Made by a program: the position numbers and the translations under genes | In this document: one piece after another, positions 1 to 10,285 of the stretch | Position numbering within the stretch: the first letter of the stretch is position 1 | Layout: every line of letters begins with the position of its first letter | Notes under the pieces: model-generated | The model's input: only the letters and a program-made list of their open reading frames with translations | What the model was told of the DNA's origin: nothing | The model's database searches: none | Source of the DNA: Bacillota bacterium | GTDB taxonomy: Bacteria > Bacillota > Peptococcia > Peptococcales > BICA1-8 | Assembly (NCBI GenBank): GCA_049323895.1 | Contig: JBMOKT010000012.1 | Coordinates: forward strand, 24,926-88,925 | DNA length: 64,000 nucleotides | Direction of reading: 5' to 3'

Positions 1-23
1 AAATCTCAGTTTAAGTTTATTGA

Positions 24-85
24 TTCTCAATTCTCCTTCTCCATTCTCAATTGCTATTAGCTATTAGCCATCGAATATTGACGAT
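24..85. repeat. Degenerate heptamer tandem repeat (TTCTCAA / TTAGCTA / TTAGCCA / TTGACGA units)
   Basis: 7-nt periodicity read directly; related units at 53.5 kb and 59.0 kb. Confidence 0.6.
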
Positions 86-93
86 AATAAAAT

Positions 94-113
94 AAACCCA
101 CAGAAGTGGGTTT
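94..113 (-). terminator. Rho-independent terminator after the DRTGG/CBS gene
   Basis: AAACCCAC-agaa-GTGGGTTT hairpin followed by a T-rich tract on the minus strand. Confidence 0.6.
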
Positions 114-133
114 GTTTTATTATCAGTTTTTAT

Positions 134-1444
134 TTATTTCCTAACCACTCTGCAGGTAGTCATGGCTTTAGCCTTTAACTCACTCCCTGCATAAAGGCTT
201 ATTTCTACAGTGCATGATTTTTTGTCTGTTTGAAGAATTTCGGTAAATACCTCTACCCGTTCTCCCACAGTTGGAGGATCCATCTGATAAAGGGTAAAGT
301 TTTCAGTTACCGTATCCCATTTCAAGCTTTTCCGGATAGCGATAAAGGCCGCGGTATTCATAATCATTACCACTGTACCGACACTGGCAGTGCCAAGCTC
401 ACTTACCATAAAGTCGGTTATTTCGCCTTCAAGCTTAACGCCGCCATCCCATTCTCCGAGTTTAAAACCACTAAGGGTTAGATTATCAACAGTTTCCCCT
501 ACCTGGGGTTGTCTTTGTGCCTGCTGAAATGCCTTTAGGATGTCTTGGCGGCTCACTACCCCAACTAGATGTTTGTTGTCATCAACAACGGGGACTAATT
601 CGAAGCCTTCCCAAACTAAAACCCGGGAAAGGTGGGTTACTAAGGTTTTAGGTCCTGCTGTCAATACATCAGGAGTCATGACAGCTAGTATACTCGCATC
701 AGGTTCTACGCCCGCCACATCAACTGCAGATACAATACCGACAACTACACCGTTTTGGTCAACAACGGGAAATCGGCTATGACCCGTTTTTTGGGCAATA
801 TCATGCCATTGGGATACTGTATTCTCAGGAGATAAATGAAAAACATCGCTTACCATAATATCTTCCACTCTGACTAACTCTTTGGAGGTTAATCTTTCAT
901 AAACAGCTCTATTTATCATTGAAGTTGCAATAAAGGTATCAAAGGGGCAGGTTAAGATAGGGATATTTAGTTCTTTACCTTTTTCCAAAACCTTGGTTGA
1001 AACATTGAATCCTCCTGTGACAAGCAGTGCAGCACCCTTTTCTAATCCAAGCATCTGCACTTCCTCCCTGTCACCTACTAAAAGGAGAGCCTGTTTTTGT
1101 TCAATAGATCTCTCTGCAGCTTTTTCTGATGTAGAGCCTATAATAAATTGATCAGGTACTATACCCAGTCTATCGTGACCACAAAGAACTTCCCCTTCTA
1201 CAATCAGAGAGATTTCCCTTAAGCTTAAGTCTTCCAGTTCCTTTTCAGCTTCATCCTCAATTCGAATTGTCCCTACCTTAGGGATAGAACTCACTAAGCC
1301 CTGGGATTCGGCTTCTTTAATTGCTCTATATGCAGTCCCTTCACTTACATCCAGTTCCTTAGCTATTTGGCGGACAGATACTTTTGTGCCGACCTCAAGC
1401 TCTTTAATATATCTAATTATTAATTCGTGCTTTGTTTCCACCAA
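134..1444 (-). CDS. YtoI-like protein: N-terminal HTH + DRTGG + CBS pair + hotdog-fold C-terminus
   Basis: SVRQIAKELDVSEGTAYRAIK HTH; LLVGDR...LLVTGG DRTGG motif; GHSRFPVVD CBS. Confidence 0.85.
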   Translation of the reverse strand: MVETKHELIIRYIKELEVGTKVSVRQIAKELDVSEGTAYRAIKEAESQGLVSSIPKVGTIRIEDEAEKELEDLSLREISLIVEGEVLCGHDRLGIVPDQFIIGSTSEKAAERSIEQKQALLLVGDREEVQMLGLEKGAALLVTGGFNVSTKVLEKGKELNIPILTCPFDTFIATSMINRAVYERLTSKELVRVEDIMVSDVFHLSPENTVSQWHDIAQKTGHSRFPVVDQNGVVVGIVSAVDVAGVEPDASILAVMTPDVLTAGPKTLVTHLSRVLVWEGFELVPVVDDNKHLVGVVSRQDILKAFQQAQRQPQVGETVDNLTLSGFKLGEWDGGVKLEGEITDFMVSELGTASVGTVVMIMNTAAFIAIRKSLKWDTVTENFTLYQMDPPTVGERVEVFTEILQTDKKSCTVEISLYAGSELKAKAMTTCRVVRK

Positions 1445-1544
1445 AAATCACCTCCACACAACAAATTCCTACATATTATACCAGAGTTTCAGCAATTGTA
1501 CTACATCTATAAAATACTAAAGGCTCCTGTTATAAAACAGAAAC

Positions 1545-1736
1545 CTAGAACCATCCCAGCTTACGCATGCGCCTGGTCATAATGCCTCCCAGGCGTCCAG
1601 ATTCCTCTGCTGTCAGCTCAGGCCATCCTCCGCTTTTTATTTTTGGAATTAACCCCATTTCCTCAGCGACTTCCATTTTTAACACATCGCGGGCAAAGTA
1701 CTTCTTCATTTTTTTCTTTTTTTCCATAACAATCAC
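1545..1736 (-). CDS. Small acid-soluble spore protein, alpha/beta (SspF-like) family
   Basis: LKMEVAEEMGL...GWPELTAEESGRLGG pattern. Confidence 0.8.
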   Translation of the reverse strand: MIVMEKKKKMKKYFARDVLKMEVAEEMGLIPKIKSGGWPELTAEESGRLGGIMTRRMRKLGWF

Positions 1737-1787
1737 ACCTGTTTAATATAAGTTTTTATTACATTTTGTAAATAACTATATTAATAT

Positions 1788-2465
1788 TCATTTGGTGTTA
1801 TTTTCTTTTTCAAATTCTTCTGCTATTTTTTGGGCAAAGGGACCTACATCCCCTACAGCAAAAGCTTTCATAGTCCCTGCGGCAACATTGCGGATGGCAG
1901 CTATAATTATTTCTTCCGAAAGCTGCATTTCTCCCAAGACCTTTTTTATTTCCAAAGCGGCAACTATTCCAAATTGGGATGAAATAGTATTAATTTTGGT
2001 AACCATATCTGATTGACCTTTCACGACTGTACCTATATGGCTAAAAACGTCTGCAACCAAGTTGACCCCTGCTTGATCAGTCCCTTCAATTATTATCACA
2101 GGTTTCTCACCTGCGGACATTTCCTTATAATGACCGATAATTTTAGCAGAGACTTTATTTAAGCCTGTTTGCAGTTGGTCATGTCCCAGGGTGGTTGCTA
2201 TATTTACAATTACAGCATCATTTTTTAAGAGCTTCTCTAATTCTAATAAGGCATTGGGCAAAATATCTGTGGCCAAAGCAAGAATCACAACTTCAGCCAT
2301 ATTTAGTTCTTCTTTAGCTACTGCCTTTACCCCACATGTCTCAGCTAGATTTTCAGCATATCGGGGATTTTGATCATAAACATATACCTGATAGGGATCC
2401 GACAATTTACCTGCTAAAAAGCTTCCCATCCTGCCGCAGCCTATGATAGCAATAGTATTTTTCAA
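1788..2465 (-). CDS. NAD(P)-binding Rossmann oxidoreductase (pyrroline-5-carboxylate reductase/prephenate dehydrogenase-like N-domain)
   Basis: IAIIGCGRMG dinucleotide-binding motif. Confidence 0.65.
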   Translation of the reverse strand: MKNTIAIIGCGRMGSFLAGKLSDPYQVYVYDQNPRYAENLAETCGVKAVAKEELNMAEVVILALATDILPNALLELEKLLKNDAVIVNIATTLGHDQLQTGLNKVSAKIIGHYKEMSAGEKPVIIIEGTDQAGVNLVADVFSHIGTVVKGQSDMVTKINTISSQFGIVAALEIKKVLGEMQLSEEIIIAAIRNVAAGTMKAFAVGDVGPFAQKIAEEFEKENNTK

Positions 2466-2506
2466 TTAAAATCACCTCATTTTTAAGATGGTAAATTTTC
2501 ACATAG

Positions 2507-3904
2507 TCAGTGGCTGGTAAAAGTAACGTGTCTGGAAACAAGTGAGCCTAATAATAAGATGCCCAAACTTACCGTTAAACCAACATATAAGGGATCAATA
2601 GTACTATAACCAAAGAAGGCCCAGAGAATCGAAGACAAAGGTGCAATAATTATTGCCCAAATACCCGCCCTTGAATTAATCCTATCACGGAAAAATACTG
2701 CCCCTAGAAGAGGAAAGCATATGGTCGCTCCCCTAAGCCCCATAGATAGAAAACTCCATTTTAAAATAAGAGAATTCATATTGCCGGCAACAAAAAATAG
2801 GGTTAAAAGGGAGACAACCACTATTGAAACCCTGGAAAAGGTAATAATTTGCTTGTCTGAAGCTTGCGGACAAATTTTCCTATAAATGTCCTGTGTAAAC
2901 ATAGTACTTACACCTAAAACCAAGCCGGCTCCCGTTCCAATTACGGAAATCAGAAGGGTTGCCAGTACCACTCCTCCCAACCAATGGGGTAAGTATTGGA
3001 TAACAAACAGAGGTAGGGCATCCCGGGCATTGGTTAAAGGAAAATTGGCTTTCATATATAATCCTATAAAAATTCCAGCTAAACCAATAGGAGGTATGAG
3101 CAAACCCGAAATAAGAGCACCGTTGCGGGAAGCTTGAACATTCCTGCCTGAAAACATAGCCTGCAAATAAGTTTGAGTTGACAAAACCCCTACCAATAGA
3201 GAAAAACCTGCAGCAAAGTCCTTTCCGACACCCCTGCCGAAAAGGCTGAACCAAGGATATGATGCAAATGTTCCTCTAAAACCTGCTAAACCGCCACCAA
3301 GCCTATAAGCTAATAGACCAGCCGCCAGCATGGATACATATAAAAGAACAATCTTTAAGGTACCTACAAATCCCGTACCCCATACTCCACCAAATATAAC
3401 ATAACAAACCACTAAAAAAACTGAAATATTGGCAGCCTGTACGGAAGGTATGCCGGCAATAGAAGTAATCAAAGCCGTAGCAGCAAGAACTTGGGCTATA
3501 ATATTAAGAAATATCCCTAATGAGGAAAAAATACTGGCGAGAGGTCCCGCCTCCCTGCCATAAATATGGGCTAAAAACCCCGGACCGGTTTCAGCCCCGG
3601 AATCACGCAGTGGCTTAGCTAAAAAAATACCGAGAATTACACAGGCCAGCCCTCCGCCCAGGGTAAACCACCAAGCACTGAAACCGTAGACAAATGCCAA
3701 TTGGGATGTACCAATAGTAGATGCGCCACCGACTAATGTTCCTACAATGGTTCCTGCAACAATGGGAGCACCGACTGCCCTTCCGCCCACCGTGAAATCA
3801 TGAGCTGATTTGATTTGTCTTACTGAAAATATACCTGCTCCCATAACTATTAAAAGGGTAAGAGTCAAACTGAAAATGTGCATACCTGATAACATAGGAT
3901 CCAC
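2507..3904 (-). CDS. Sodium:solute symporter family transporter
   Basis: About 13 hydrophobic segments; DFTVGGR, GGASTIG, YVIFGG motifs. Confidence 0.85.
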   Translation of the reverse strand: MDPMLSGMHIFSLTLTLLIVMGAGIFSVRQIKSAHDFTVGGRAVGAPIVAGTIVGTLVGGASTIGTSQLAFVYGFSAWWFTLGGGLACVILGIFLAKPLRDSGAETGPGFLAHIYGREAGPLASIFSSLGIFLNIIAQVLAATALITSIAGIPSVQAANISVFLVVCYVIFGGVWGTGFVGTLKIVLLYVSMLAAGLLAYRLGGGLAGFRGTFASYPWFSLFGRGVGKDFAAGFSLLVGVLSTQTYLQAMFSGRNVQASRNGALISGLLIPPIGLAGIFIGLYMKANFPLTNARDALPLFVIQYLPHWLGGVVLATLLISVIGTGAGLVLGVSTMFTQDIYRKICPQASDKQIITFSRVSIVVVSLLTLFFVAGNMNSLILKWSFLSMGLRGATICFPLLGAVFFRDRINSRAGIWAIIIAPLSSILWAFFGYSTIDPLYVGLTVSLGILLLGSLVSRHVTFTSH

Positions 3905-4044
3905 TTCCTGGAAAAATTTTTTTAGTTAGTTGTTAATTTCAATTAAAATATAATTTATTCCTTTAATTAAAAAAAATTTTTCTTTTAGCATAATTTGTGT
4001 TTTATTATCAAAAGCTAAGTTTAAATTGAAAGGAGGCTAATTAA

Positions 4045-4239
4045 ATGGATAAGATTGCTTTATTGTTGGTTATTATCGGAGCCTTAAACTGGGGACTGAT
4101 AGGATTATTCCAATTTGATCTTGTGGCTTCTTTGTTTGGAGGACAGAACGCACTTTTATCACGTATAATTTATTCTCTTGTGGGGGCTGCCGGCTTGTAT
4201 TCAATTACCTTTCTGCTGGGAAATAGAGTACGGGAATAA
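4045..4239 (+). CDS. DUF378 (YuzA-like) small membrane protein
   Basis: LVIIGALNWGLIGLFQFDLV signature; GGAGG RBS. Confidence 0.9.
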   Translation: MDKIALLLVIIGALNWGLIGLFQFDLVASLFGGQNALLSRIIYSLVGAAGLYSITFLLGNRVRE

Positions 4240-4306
4240 CCTTAACCCCCAATCCCATGGTTTATGATATAATGTAAATGCATAAATGGGTATGGGGGTT
4301 TGAAAA

Positions 4307-4516
4307 TTGGCTTTTTTGTTTCGCAATAGGACTGTAAAAGAGTTAAGGAAAAAGTGGTGCCTGACAACAAGGGAGTTAGCCATGAGAGTAAAAGTTGACA
4401 ATATTGATATTCTTAAGATCGATGAGTTTAAAATAAAAGATGTACCGGAGCCTCTGCGCACAAAACTTCTACCCGTGCTTCGAGGCGATGACTTGGATAA
4501 GATGCCATGGCTGTAG
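4307..4516 (+). CDS. Small HTH-like hypothetical protein
   Basis: VKELRKKWCLTTRELAMRVKV resembles an XRE HTH; ends at a bidirectional terminator. Confidence 0.6.
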   Translation: MAFLFRNRTVKELRKKWCLTTRELAMRVKVDNIDILKIDEFKIKDVPEPLRTKLLPVLRGDDLDKMPWL

Positions 4517-4552
4517 AAAAAAGCTATTAACCAATAAGGTTAATAGCTTTTT
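4517..4552. terminator. Bidirectional intrinsic terminator
   Basis: AAAAAAGCTATTAACC-aataa-GGTTAATAGCTTTTT between convergent genes. Confidence 0.8.
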
Positions 4553-4557
4553 CGTTA

Positions 4558-6198
4558 TTAGGAATTGAGTATTTTCTTTGCTGTTTCATCCATTACATCT
4601 GTGATGAAAGGTATTTTAGTTTCTTTTTCTGTTTCCCTATTACCTGAGTATAGGTCACCTCTGGACAGCTCAGCTATGGAGAATTTCCTTGCTCCGGCCA
4701 TAAACTGCTGCAATCCGGCGGCAAGTTTATCAGCAAGAGTCCAAATGGCAATAGCTCCATAAGGAATATTCTTAATTTCCTCATTACCTACTTTCTTCTG
4801 AACATCGTGGTATCCTGCAAATATTTCCTCAGCAGTCATGCCGTACTGGGTAACGGAAGCAGGAAGTTTATCCCAGTTACCGTTTACTGCCTGTTTGCGT
4901 TCAGGTTTTAGGACACCTTCAATATTGGCTCCTAAGAAACCTGGCACCATCATAGCTCTACCCATACAAACAATTTTTGTAAACGGAGCACCAAGTGCCA
5001 ATGCTTTAAAGATGTGGTCCTCCCTTGCGAAACCGCCACCAAAGGCAAAGTCTACAACCTTTTGTCCCTTAGCTGCTAAAACTGTTGCATATTCATAGGC
5101 CTTAGAGTGAAGTAAGATGGATGGTACACCCCATGTTTCCATCATGTTCCATGGGCTCATGCCTGTACCACCACCTGAACCATCAATTGTCAATAAATCT
5201 AACTTGGCATCGCTGGCAAACTTAATAGCCATAGCAAGGGCTTCCATCCCATAGGAGCCTGTCTTTAAGGTAATGCGTTTAAAGCCTAGACTTCTTAAAT
5301 AGTCAACGGAATTCATAAATTGTTCCCTAACCTGGTCCACATTTGACAAGTCAGTGTAGCCTAATCTGCTGTGCCTTGCAAAGGATTTAATTGCACCTTT
5401 CTTAAATCCTTCTTGAACTTGAGGCAAGGTCGGGTCAGGATCCACTATATAGCCCCTATTTTTTAAGAAAAGGGCATAATCAAGACTGGTGACCTGTATT
5501 TCTCCCCCGATATCCTTTGCTCCTTGACCCCATTTTAGTTCAATAACTACTTTGTCTCCATACTTTTCACTGATATATTCTGCCACACCATTGCGGGTAT
5601 CTTCAACGTTTAACTGAACCAAGATGGCTCCATAACCATCATAATAGCGCAGGTAAGTGTCAATTCTTCTTTCCAATTCCGGTGCTTTACTTATTTTACC
5701 GTTTTCAATCACCGATTCCTTATCAACACCTACTACGTTTTCGCCAATTACTATGGGGAAACCTACTAATGCTGCACCAGCAGCAAAGGATTCCCAGTAT
5801 TTTGCTGCAATAAAGGTTGAGCCCAGGGCGCCAGTCATCATTGGAACCTTGGATTTAGTTTTGACCTCATTGCCAAACTCTGTCTCAACGCTTACATTTG
5901 GAAAAATGCAGTCATCTGCACTATTGGAAAGCCCATTGGGCATACCGCATGCTCCATAGTTATAACCTTGAATCCTTAACGAATTATATGAAACGCCTAC
6001 GTGAGTCGTGTTCTTACTTCCAGATGTCACTATCCCAAAATCTCTTGGATACAGAATCTTTCTGCCACTCATACTAGTTAAAAAAGTCTCACACTTTCCT
6101 GCACAATCAGCTCTGCACAAGGTACATAACCCTGATTCAGCCGGGTTCCCCCTATTAACTGCACCAATTACATCATTAGATTTTGACCACTCAAACAT
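4558..6198 (-). CDS. Stand-alone FMN-binding glutamate synthase family protein with N-terminal Cys cluster
   Basis: CTLCRADCAGKC; ELKWGQGAK; IDGSGGGTGMSP; ALALGA; ATG at 6198 follows an AAGGGG RBS. Confidence 0.85.
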   Translation of the reverse strand: MFEWSKSNDVIGAVNRGNPAESGLCTLCRADCAGKCETFLTSMSGRKILYPRDFGIVTSGSKNTTHVGVSYNSLRIQGYNYGACGMPNGLSNSADDCIFPNVSVETEFGNEVKTKSKVPMMTGALGSTFIAAKYWESFAAGAALVGFPIVIGENVVGVDKESVIENGKISKAPELERRIDTYLRYYDGYGAILVQLNVEDTRNGVAEYISEKYGDKVVIELKWGQGAKDIGGEIQVTSLDYALFLKNRGYIVDPDPTLPQVQEGFKKGAIKSFARHSRLGYTDLSNVDQVREQFMNSVDYLRSLGFKRITLKTGSYGMEALAMAIKFASDAKLDLLTIDGSGGGTGMSPWNMMETWGVPSILLHSKAYEYATVLAAKGQKVVDFAFGGGFAREDHIFKALALGAPFTKIVCMGRAMMVPGFLGANIEGVLKPERKQAVNGNWDKLPASVTQYGMTAEEIFAGYHDVQKKVGNEEIKNIPYGAIAIWTLADKLAAGLQQFMAGARKFSIAELSRGDLYSGNRETEKETKIPFITDVMDETAKKILNS

Positions 6199-6425
6199 AA
6201 AAAACACCCCTTTGTGTTTATTAATTTTAAAATATAATACTTCTCTGTATTATATTAAAAATCACTATTTATTTTTGTTATATAATAACACACAACAAAA
6301 CAAAAAACAGTAGATTAAGGTTATGTATACAGTATATTTTATATATGAAGTTTTGTATTAAGTATACAGTGTCCATTATGCATGCTTGGAGGTATTGGTG
6401 CAAAAATAAAAACGCCTTAAAGGCG

Positions 6426-7031
6426 TTAATATCCCAAATCCTCTTTAATCAAAATAATATGAAACTCTTCTATACCACGAGTTCGTCCCTCATGGATTGT
6501 TAATACTCGGCATTGCTTCGTTGCCACTGTTTGGCAATCATGACATCGACCTGTTTTTTCACAGGGAGTATTAGCTTTCTTTCTCTTATATATTTGCGGT
6601 GCGGCAATATTTTTAGTCCTATAAATTGCCTCTTCTAAATTTTTTGTTATTTTGTTTTTCCCAATAACCGCAATTACTTTTCGAGGACCATAACACATAG
6701 AAGCAATACGGTTGCCTGTCCCATCCAAATTAACAAGCAGACCATCCTCTGTAATTGCATTTAAGCTTGTCAGGATAACATCGGCATTTAATTGTTCCAA
6801 TCTTTTGGTTCTATCGACATTCTCCCAGGTGTCAATTATCTTGTGTCCCAACGTTTTAAAAGATTCTGCTACCCCTAACTGTCGTATTGTAACTGAACCA
6901 GGTATCCCTATACTAGCTCCTGCCGGTATTATCGCTTTTAATATAGGAAGTAATTCTTCCGTTTTATCAAGGACTTTTAGTTGAAAACCTCTATTTGTCA
7001 GATTTTTTTCAAAAACTTCATAATTTTCCAT
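6426..7031 (-). CDS. LUD-domain (lactate utilization protein-like) protein
   Basis: PGSVTI, NAITEDG, NLDGTGNR, GKNKI, PC..TG.C.DC motifs; start moved to ATG 7031 near GAGGAGG. Confidence 0.8.
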   Translation of the reverse strand: MENYEVFEKNLTNRGFQLKVLDKTEELLPILKAIIPAGASIGIPGSVTIRQLGVAESFKTLGHKIIDTWENVDRTKRLEQLNADVILTSLNAITEDGLLVNLDGTGNRIASMCYGPRKVIAVIGKNKITKNLEEAIYRTKNIAAPQIYKRKKANTPCEKTGRCHDCQTVATKQCRVLTIHEGRTRGIEEFHIILIKEDLGY

Positions 7032-7114
7032 TATTTCATATAACCTCCTCTTAATAGTGCAGGATTTGAAATTATTTTGTTTAATTATAATACTAACACA
7101 AAAAATGGGGTGGA

Positions 7115-9262
7115 TTGGAAGTGGAGAAAAGAAAAAGTATTTGCTTTGTTGGAAACCATGAAAAAACTGCCTTAACACTTAGTAAACAGCTTAATTATCT
7201 GCTGGGTCAGTATCTTGATATAAAGTCGTGGTGTCTTCAGTACATGGAAATACCTATAGATTGTTATGACTGCGACGTTTATGTAACTTCCAGTTACACT
7301 GCTTTATCCAGAATTAAAGACAGTATTCCTCCTAACAAAAAAGTTATTGTAGCAGCAAGGACATTGGATACAAGTAATTTAGATAAAGTTTTAGAGCTGT
7401 TACCTGGGACACAAGCCTTAGTAGTTGCTAATTCGGAAGAAACAACAAACATGGCTATTGACCTTATGAAAAGAATGGGCATTGATTACCTTGATTTAAT
7501 ACCTTACTATCCTACAATTACACCTCACCCTGACAAGAATATTTCCCTCGCTATTACAACGGGATTGAGCCATCTTGTACCATCACACATCAAAAGAACT
7601 ATTGATTTAGGAGTTAAAAGTATTGATCTTTCTACCTATGTAGAGTTAATTATAGAAATAGGTCTTCCTAAAGAACTAATTAATAAAATATCCCAGCATT
7701 ATGTTACAGAAATATTTAATCTAAGCAAACGTATTCAAACTTCTGCTCAAATCAATAGTAATCTCAAGAGAAGATTGGAAGTAATAATTGATACAGTGGA
7801 TGAAGCCATTCTTGCCATTGATAAAGAACAACAAATAATTCTAATAAACTCTGCTTTTGAACAACTACTAGGTATCAACAGTTTTTCAGCCATCGGTCAA
7901 AAGCTAAATAAAATTCTGCCCCAGGTTGATTTAACATCGACACTTACCAATACTTTATGTATTGTGGATAAAATTCAACAAATTAAAAACAATTATTATG
8001 TCTTAAATGCCAATCCCATTTTAGATACAAATGGGGTAGTCGAGGGTGTTGTAACTACCTTTAAACCTGTAGGACAAGTACAAGAATTAGAATATAAAGT
8101 ACGCCGCGAATTAAAAAAACAAGGTAATATTGCTAAGTATAGCTTCAGTGATATTATTGGGACATCTTCAGAATTTGAAAAAGTCTCATCTTTAGCCCGC
8201 CAGTTTGCAAAAACAGATCTTACTATACTTATTGAAGGCGAAAGCGGGACCGGTAAAGAGTTATTTGCTCAAGCTATCCATAAAGCCTCAGATCGCAGAA
8301 GCGGACCTTTTGTAGCCATTAATTTTGCTGCACTACCCGACAATTTAATTGAGAGTGAACTTTTTGGCTATGAAGAAGGTGCTTTTACAGGTGCCAAAAA
8401 GGGTGGAAAGCCGGGCTTATTTGAAGAAGCTCATAATGGAACAATCTTTCTTGATGAAATAGGTGATTCCGGCTTAGAAGTGCAAAAAAGGCTTTTAAGG
8501 GTTTTGGAGGAACGGGAAGTGCGCCGGGTGGGAGGTCGAACAATAACACCTATAGATGTCAGGGTAATTGCTGCTACCAACCAAAATTTAACACAATTGG
8601 TTGAGAAAAACATGTTTCGCAGTGATTTGTTTTATAGATTATGTACTCTGCCCCTAAACATCCCTCCATTAAGAGATCGAGAAGGAGACATACTTATTTT
8701 TATCGACTATTTTGCCCATAAATTTTATCAGCGCAAACTGCTGTTAGATGCCCCTGTCAAAGAATTCCTATTAAGATACTACTGGCCCGGAAATATCAGG
8801 GAACTGGAGAATGTCGTAAACTATATGTGCAGTATAGTCCCCAAAGAAGAAACGGCCACTATAAAACATCTGCCAATTTATTTAACAAGAAATATAACAC
8901 CTACAATTGATACTGCTTTTAAACCTTACAATTTTGATAATAAATTTGATGTAAAGGCACAGGAATTAATGAATCGAGATCTCTTAAAAATTGTTTATCT
9001 TACCCTTCTGGAAATCCAAAGTTACTCATCCTTGGATAAAGGTTTGGGCAGGTCAACCTTGGCTAAAAGAATGACTGATTATACCGGCGAAGTATATGCT
9101 GATCATAGGCTAAGGCAGCTATTAAATCTTTTAACAAAGATGGAATTTATCGAATCGGGTAAAACAAAACAGGGTACCAAGATAACCCCTCTCGGCACAG
9201 AATTCCTTAGTTACTTGGAAAAATCAAAGTATCAAAACCTAATCGGAACTGCCGCTAAGTGA
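7115..9262 (+). CDS. Sigma-54-dependent enhancer-binding protein (PAS + AAA+ + C-terminal winged HTH)
   Basis: GESGTGKE Walker [32 protein letters not shown]. Confidence 0.95.
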   Translation: MEVEKRKSICFVGNHEKTALTLSKQLNYLLGQYLDIKSWCLQYMEIPIDCYDCDVYVTSSYTALSRIKDSIPPNKKVIVAARTLDTSNLDKVLELLPGTQALVVANSEETTNMAIDLMKRMGIDYLDLIPYYPTITPHPDKNISLAITTGLSHLVPSHIKRTIDLGVKSIDLSTYVELIIEIGLPKELINKISQHYVTEIFNLSKRIQTSAQINSNLKRRLEVIIDTVDEAILAIDKEQQIILINSAFEQLLGINSFSAIGQKLNKILPQVDLTSTLTNTLCIVDKIQQIKNNYYVLNANPILDTNGVVEGVVTTFKPVGQVQELEYKVRRELKKQGNIAKYSFSDIIGTSSEFEKVSSLARQFAKTDLTILIEGESGTGKELFAQAIHKASDRRSGPFVAINFAALPDNLIESELFGYEEGAFTGAKKGGKPGLFEEAHNGTIFLDEIGDSGLEVQKRLLRVLEEREVRRVGGRTITPIDVRVIAATNQNLTQLVEKNMFRSDLFYRLCTLPLNIPPLRDREGDILIFIDYFAHKFYQRKLLLDAPVKEFLLRYYWPGNIRELENVVNYMCSIVPKEETATIKHLPIYLTRNITPTIDTAFKPYNFDNKFDVKAQELMNRDLLKIVYLTLLEIQSYSSLDKGLGRSTLAKRMTDYTGEVYADHRLRQLLNLLTKMEFIESGKTKQGTKITPLGTEFLSYLEKSKYQNLIGTAAK

Positions 9263-9281
9263 CAGTTCCTACTCATTTATG

Positions 9282-10268
9282 CTAAATCTCTACTTTCTGC
9301 CCTTTATTCATTTGAATTGCCTTATCTAAGGCATGACCGGCCGTAATTAAATCTTGTACAGTAACTCCGCTGGTATCAAAAATAGTTAATTCCCTATCAT
9401 CTGTTCTTCCCTGTTTTTGACCCAAAATGACTTCACCAATTTCTCCGTAAATATTTTCTTTAGAAATCAGACCTTGGTTGAAGGCATGCTGTGTTTCGCC
9501 GATTGTAATACATTGATTTAGATTATCTACTACAATCTTGGCTTTGGTAAATAATTGGGGATCTATCTCCTGTTTGCCTTTAGTATCAGTGCCTATACAG
9601 TTAAGGTGTGTGCCTTCCTTTATCCACTCTGCCTTAACAATGTACTGATAGCTGGGAGTCGTTGTTAATATAACATCGGCATTACTGCAGACACTCTTTA
9701 CATCTTCACTAAATGTTATTTCTTGCTTTATTTGTCCGGCCATTTCCTCAGCCATTTTCTTAGCGGAGTCACTAAAAATATCATACACCTGGACTTGTTC
9801 GATAGAAGGCAAAACCTTTAATGCAGCCAATAATTGGTTTCTGCCTTGCAGTCCTGCTCCAATTACTGTCAATATTTTACTGTCTTTGCGGGCTAAATAT
9901 TTGCAACCCACTGCCCCTAAAGCAGCTGTTCTAATTTTTGTTATATAATTAGCTGCAATTAGTGCCTTAGGTTGACCGGTAAAGGGATTAAATAAAACCA
10001 TAGTGGATTGATGATTTGTTAATCCCTTCTCCATATTTTTTAACCAAAATCCGCCTGCCTTGAAGCCTAAGATTTCATCTTCTGTTAAATAACCGGACTT
10101 TATACCAAAAATCCCTTGATGTTTTTTTATTTCTTCCCTTACTACCGGGAATACCTCGCTTAAGCCATTCTGGAAGTCCGCAAAAGCCTTTTCAACCATG
10201 GTCATTGTTTCCTCAAAGGTTATTAATTCTTCTACATCTTGGTCTGTTAAAATGAAAACTTCAGCCAT
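9282..10268 (-). CDS. Ornithine cyclodeaminase/mu-crystallin family; iminosuccinate reductase (BhcD)-like
   Basis: RTAA, IGAGLQ, GTDTKGKQE, FDTSG..QDL; FPVVRE and KAGGFW...NHQST match BhcD as I recall it. Confidence 0.75.
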   Translation of the reverse strand: MAEVFILTDQDVEELITFEETMTMVEKAFADFQNGLSEVFPVVREEIKKHQGIFGIKSGYLTEDEILGFKAGGFWLKNMEKGLTNHQSTMVLFNPFTGQPKALIAANYITKIRTAALGAVGCKYLARKDSKILTVIGAGLQGRNQLLAALKVLPSIEQVQVYDIFSDSAKKMAEEMAGQIKQEITFSEDVKSVCSNADVILTTTPSYQYIVKAEWIKEGTHLNCIGTDTKGKQEIDPQLFTKAKIVVDNLNQCITIGETQHAFNQGLISKENIYGEIGEVILGQKQGRTDDRELTIFDTSGVTVQDLITAGHALDKAIQMNKGQKVEI

Positions 10269-10285
10269 AAATGCCGCCCTCCTTT

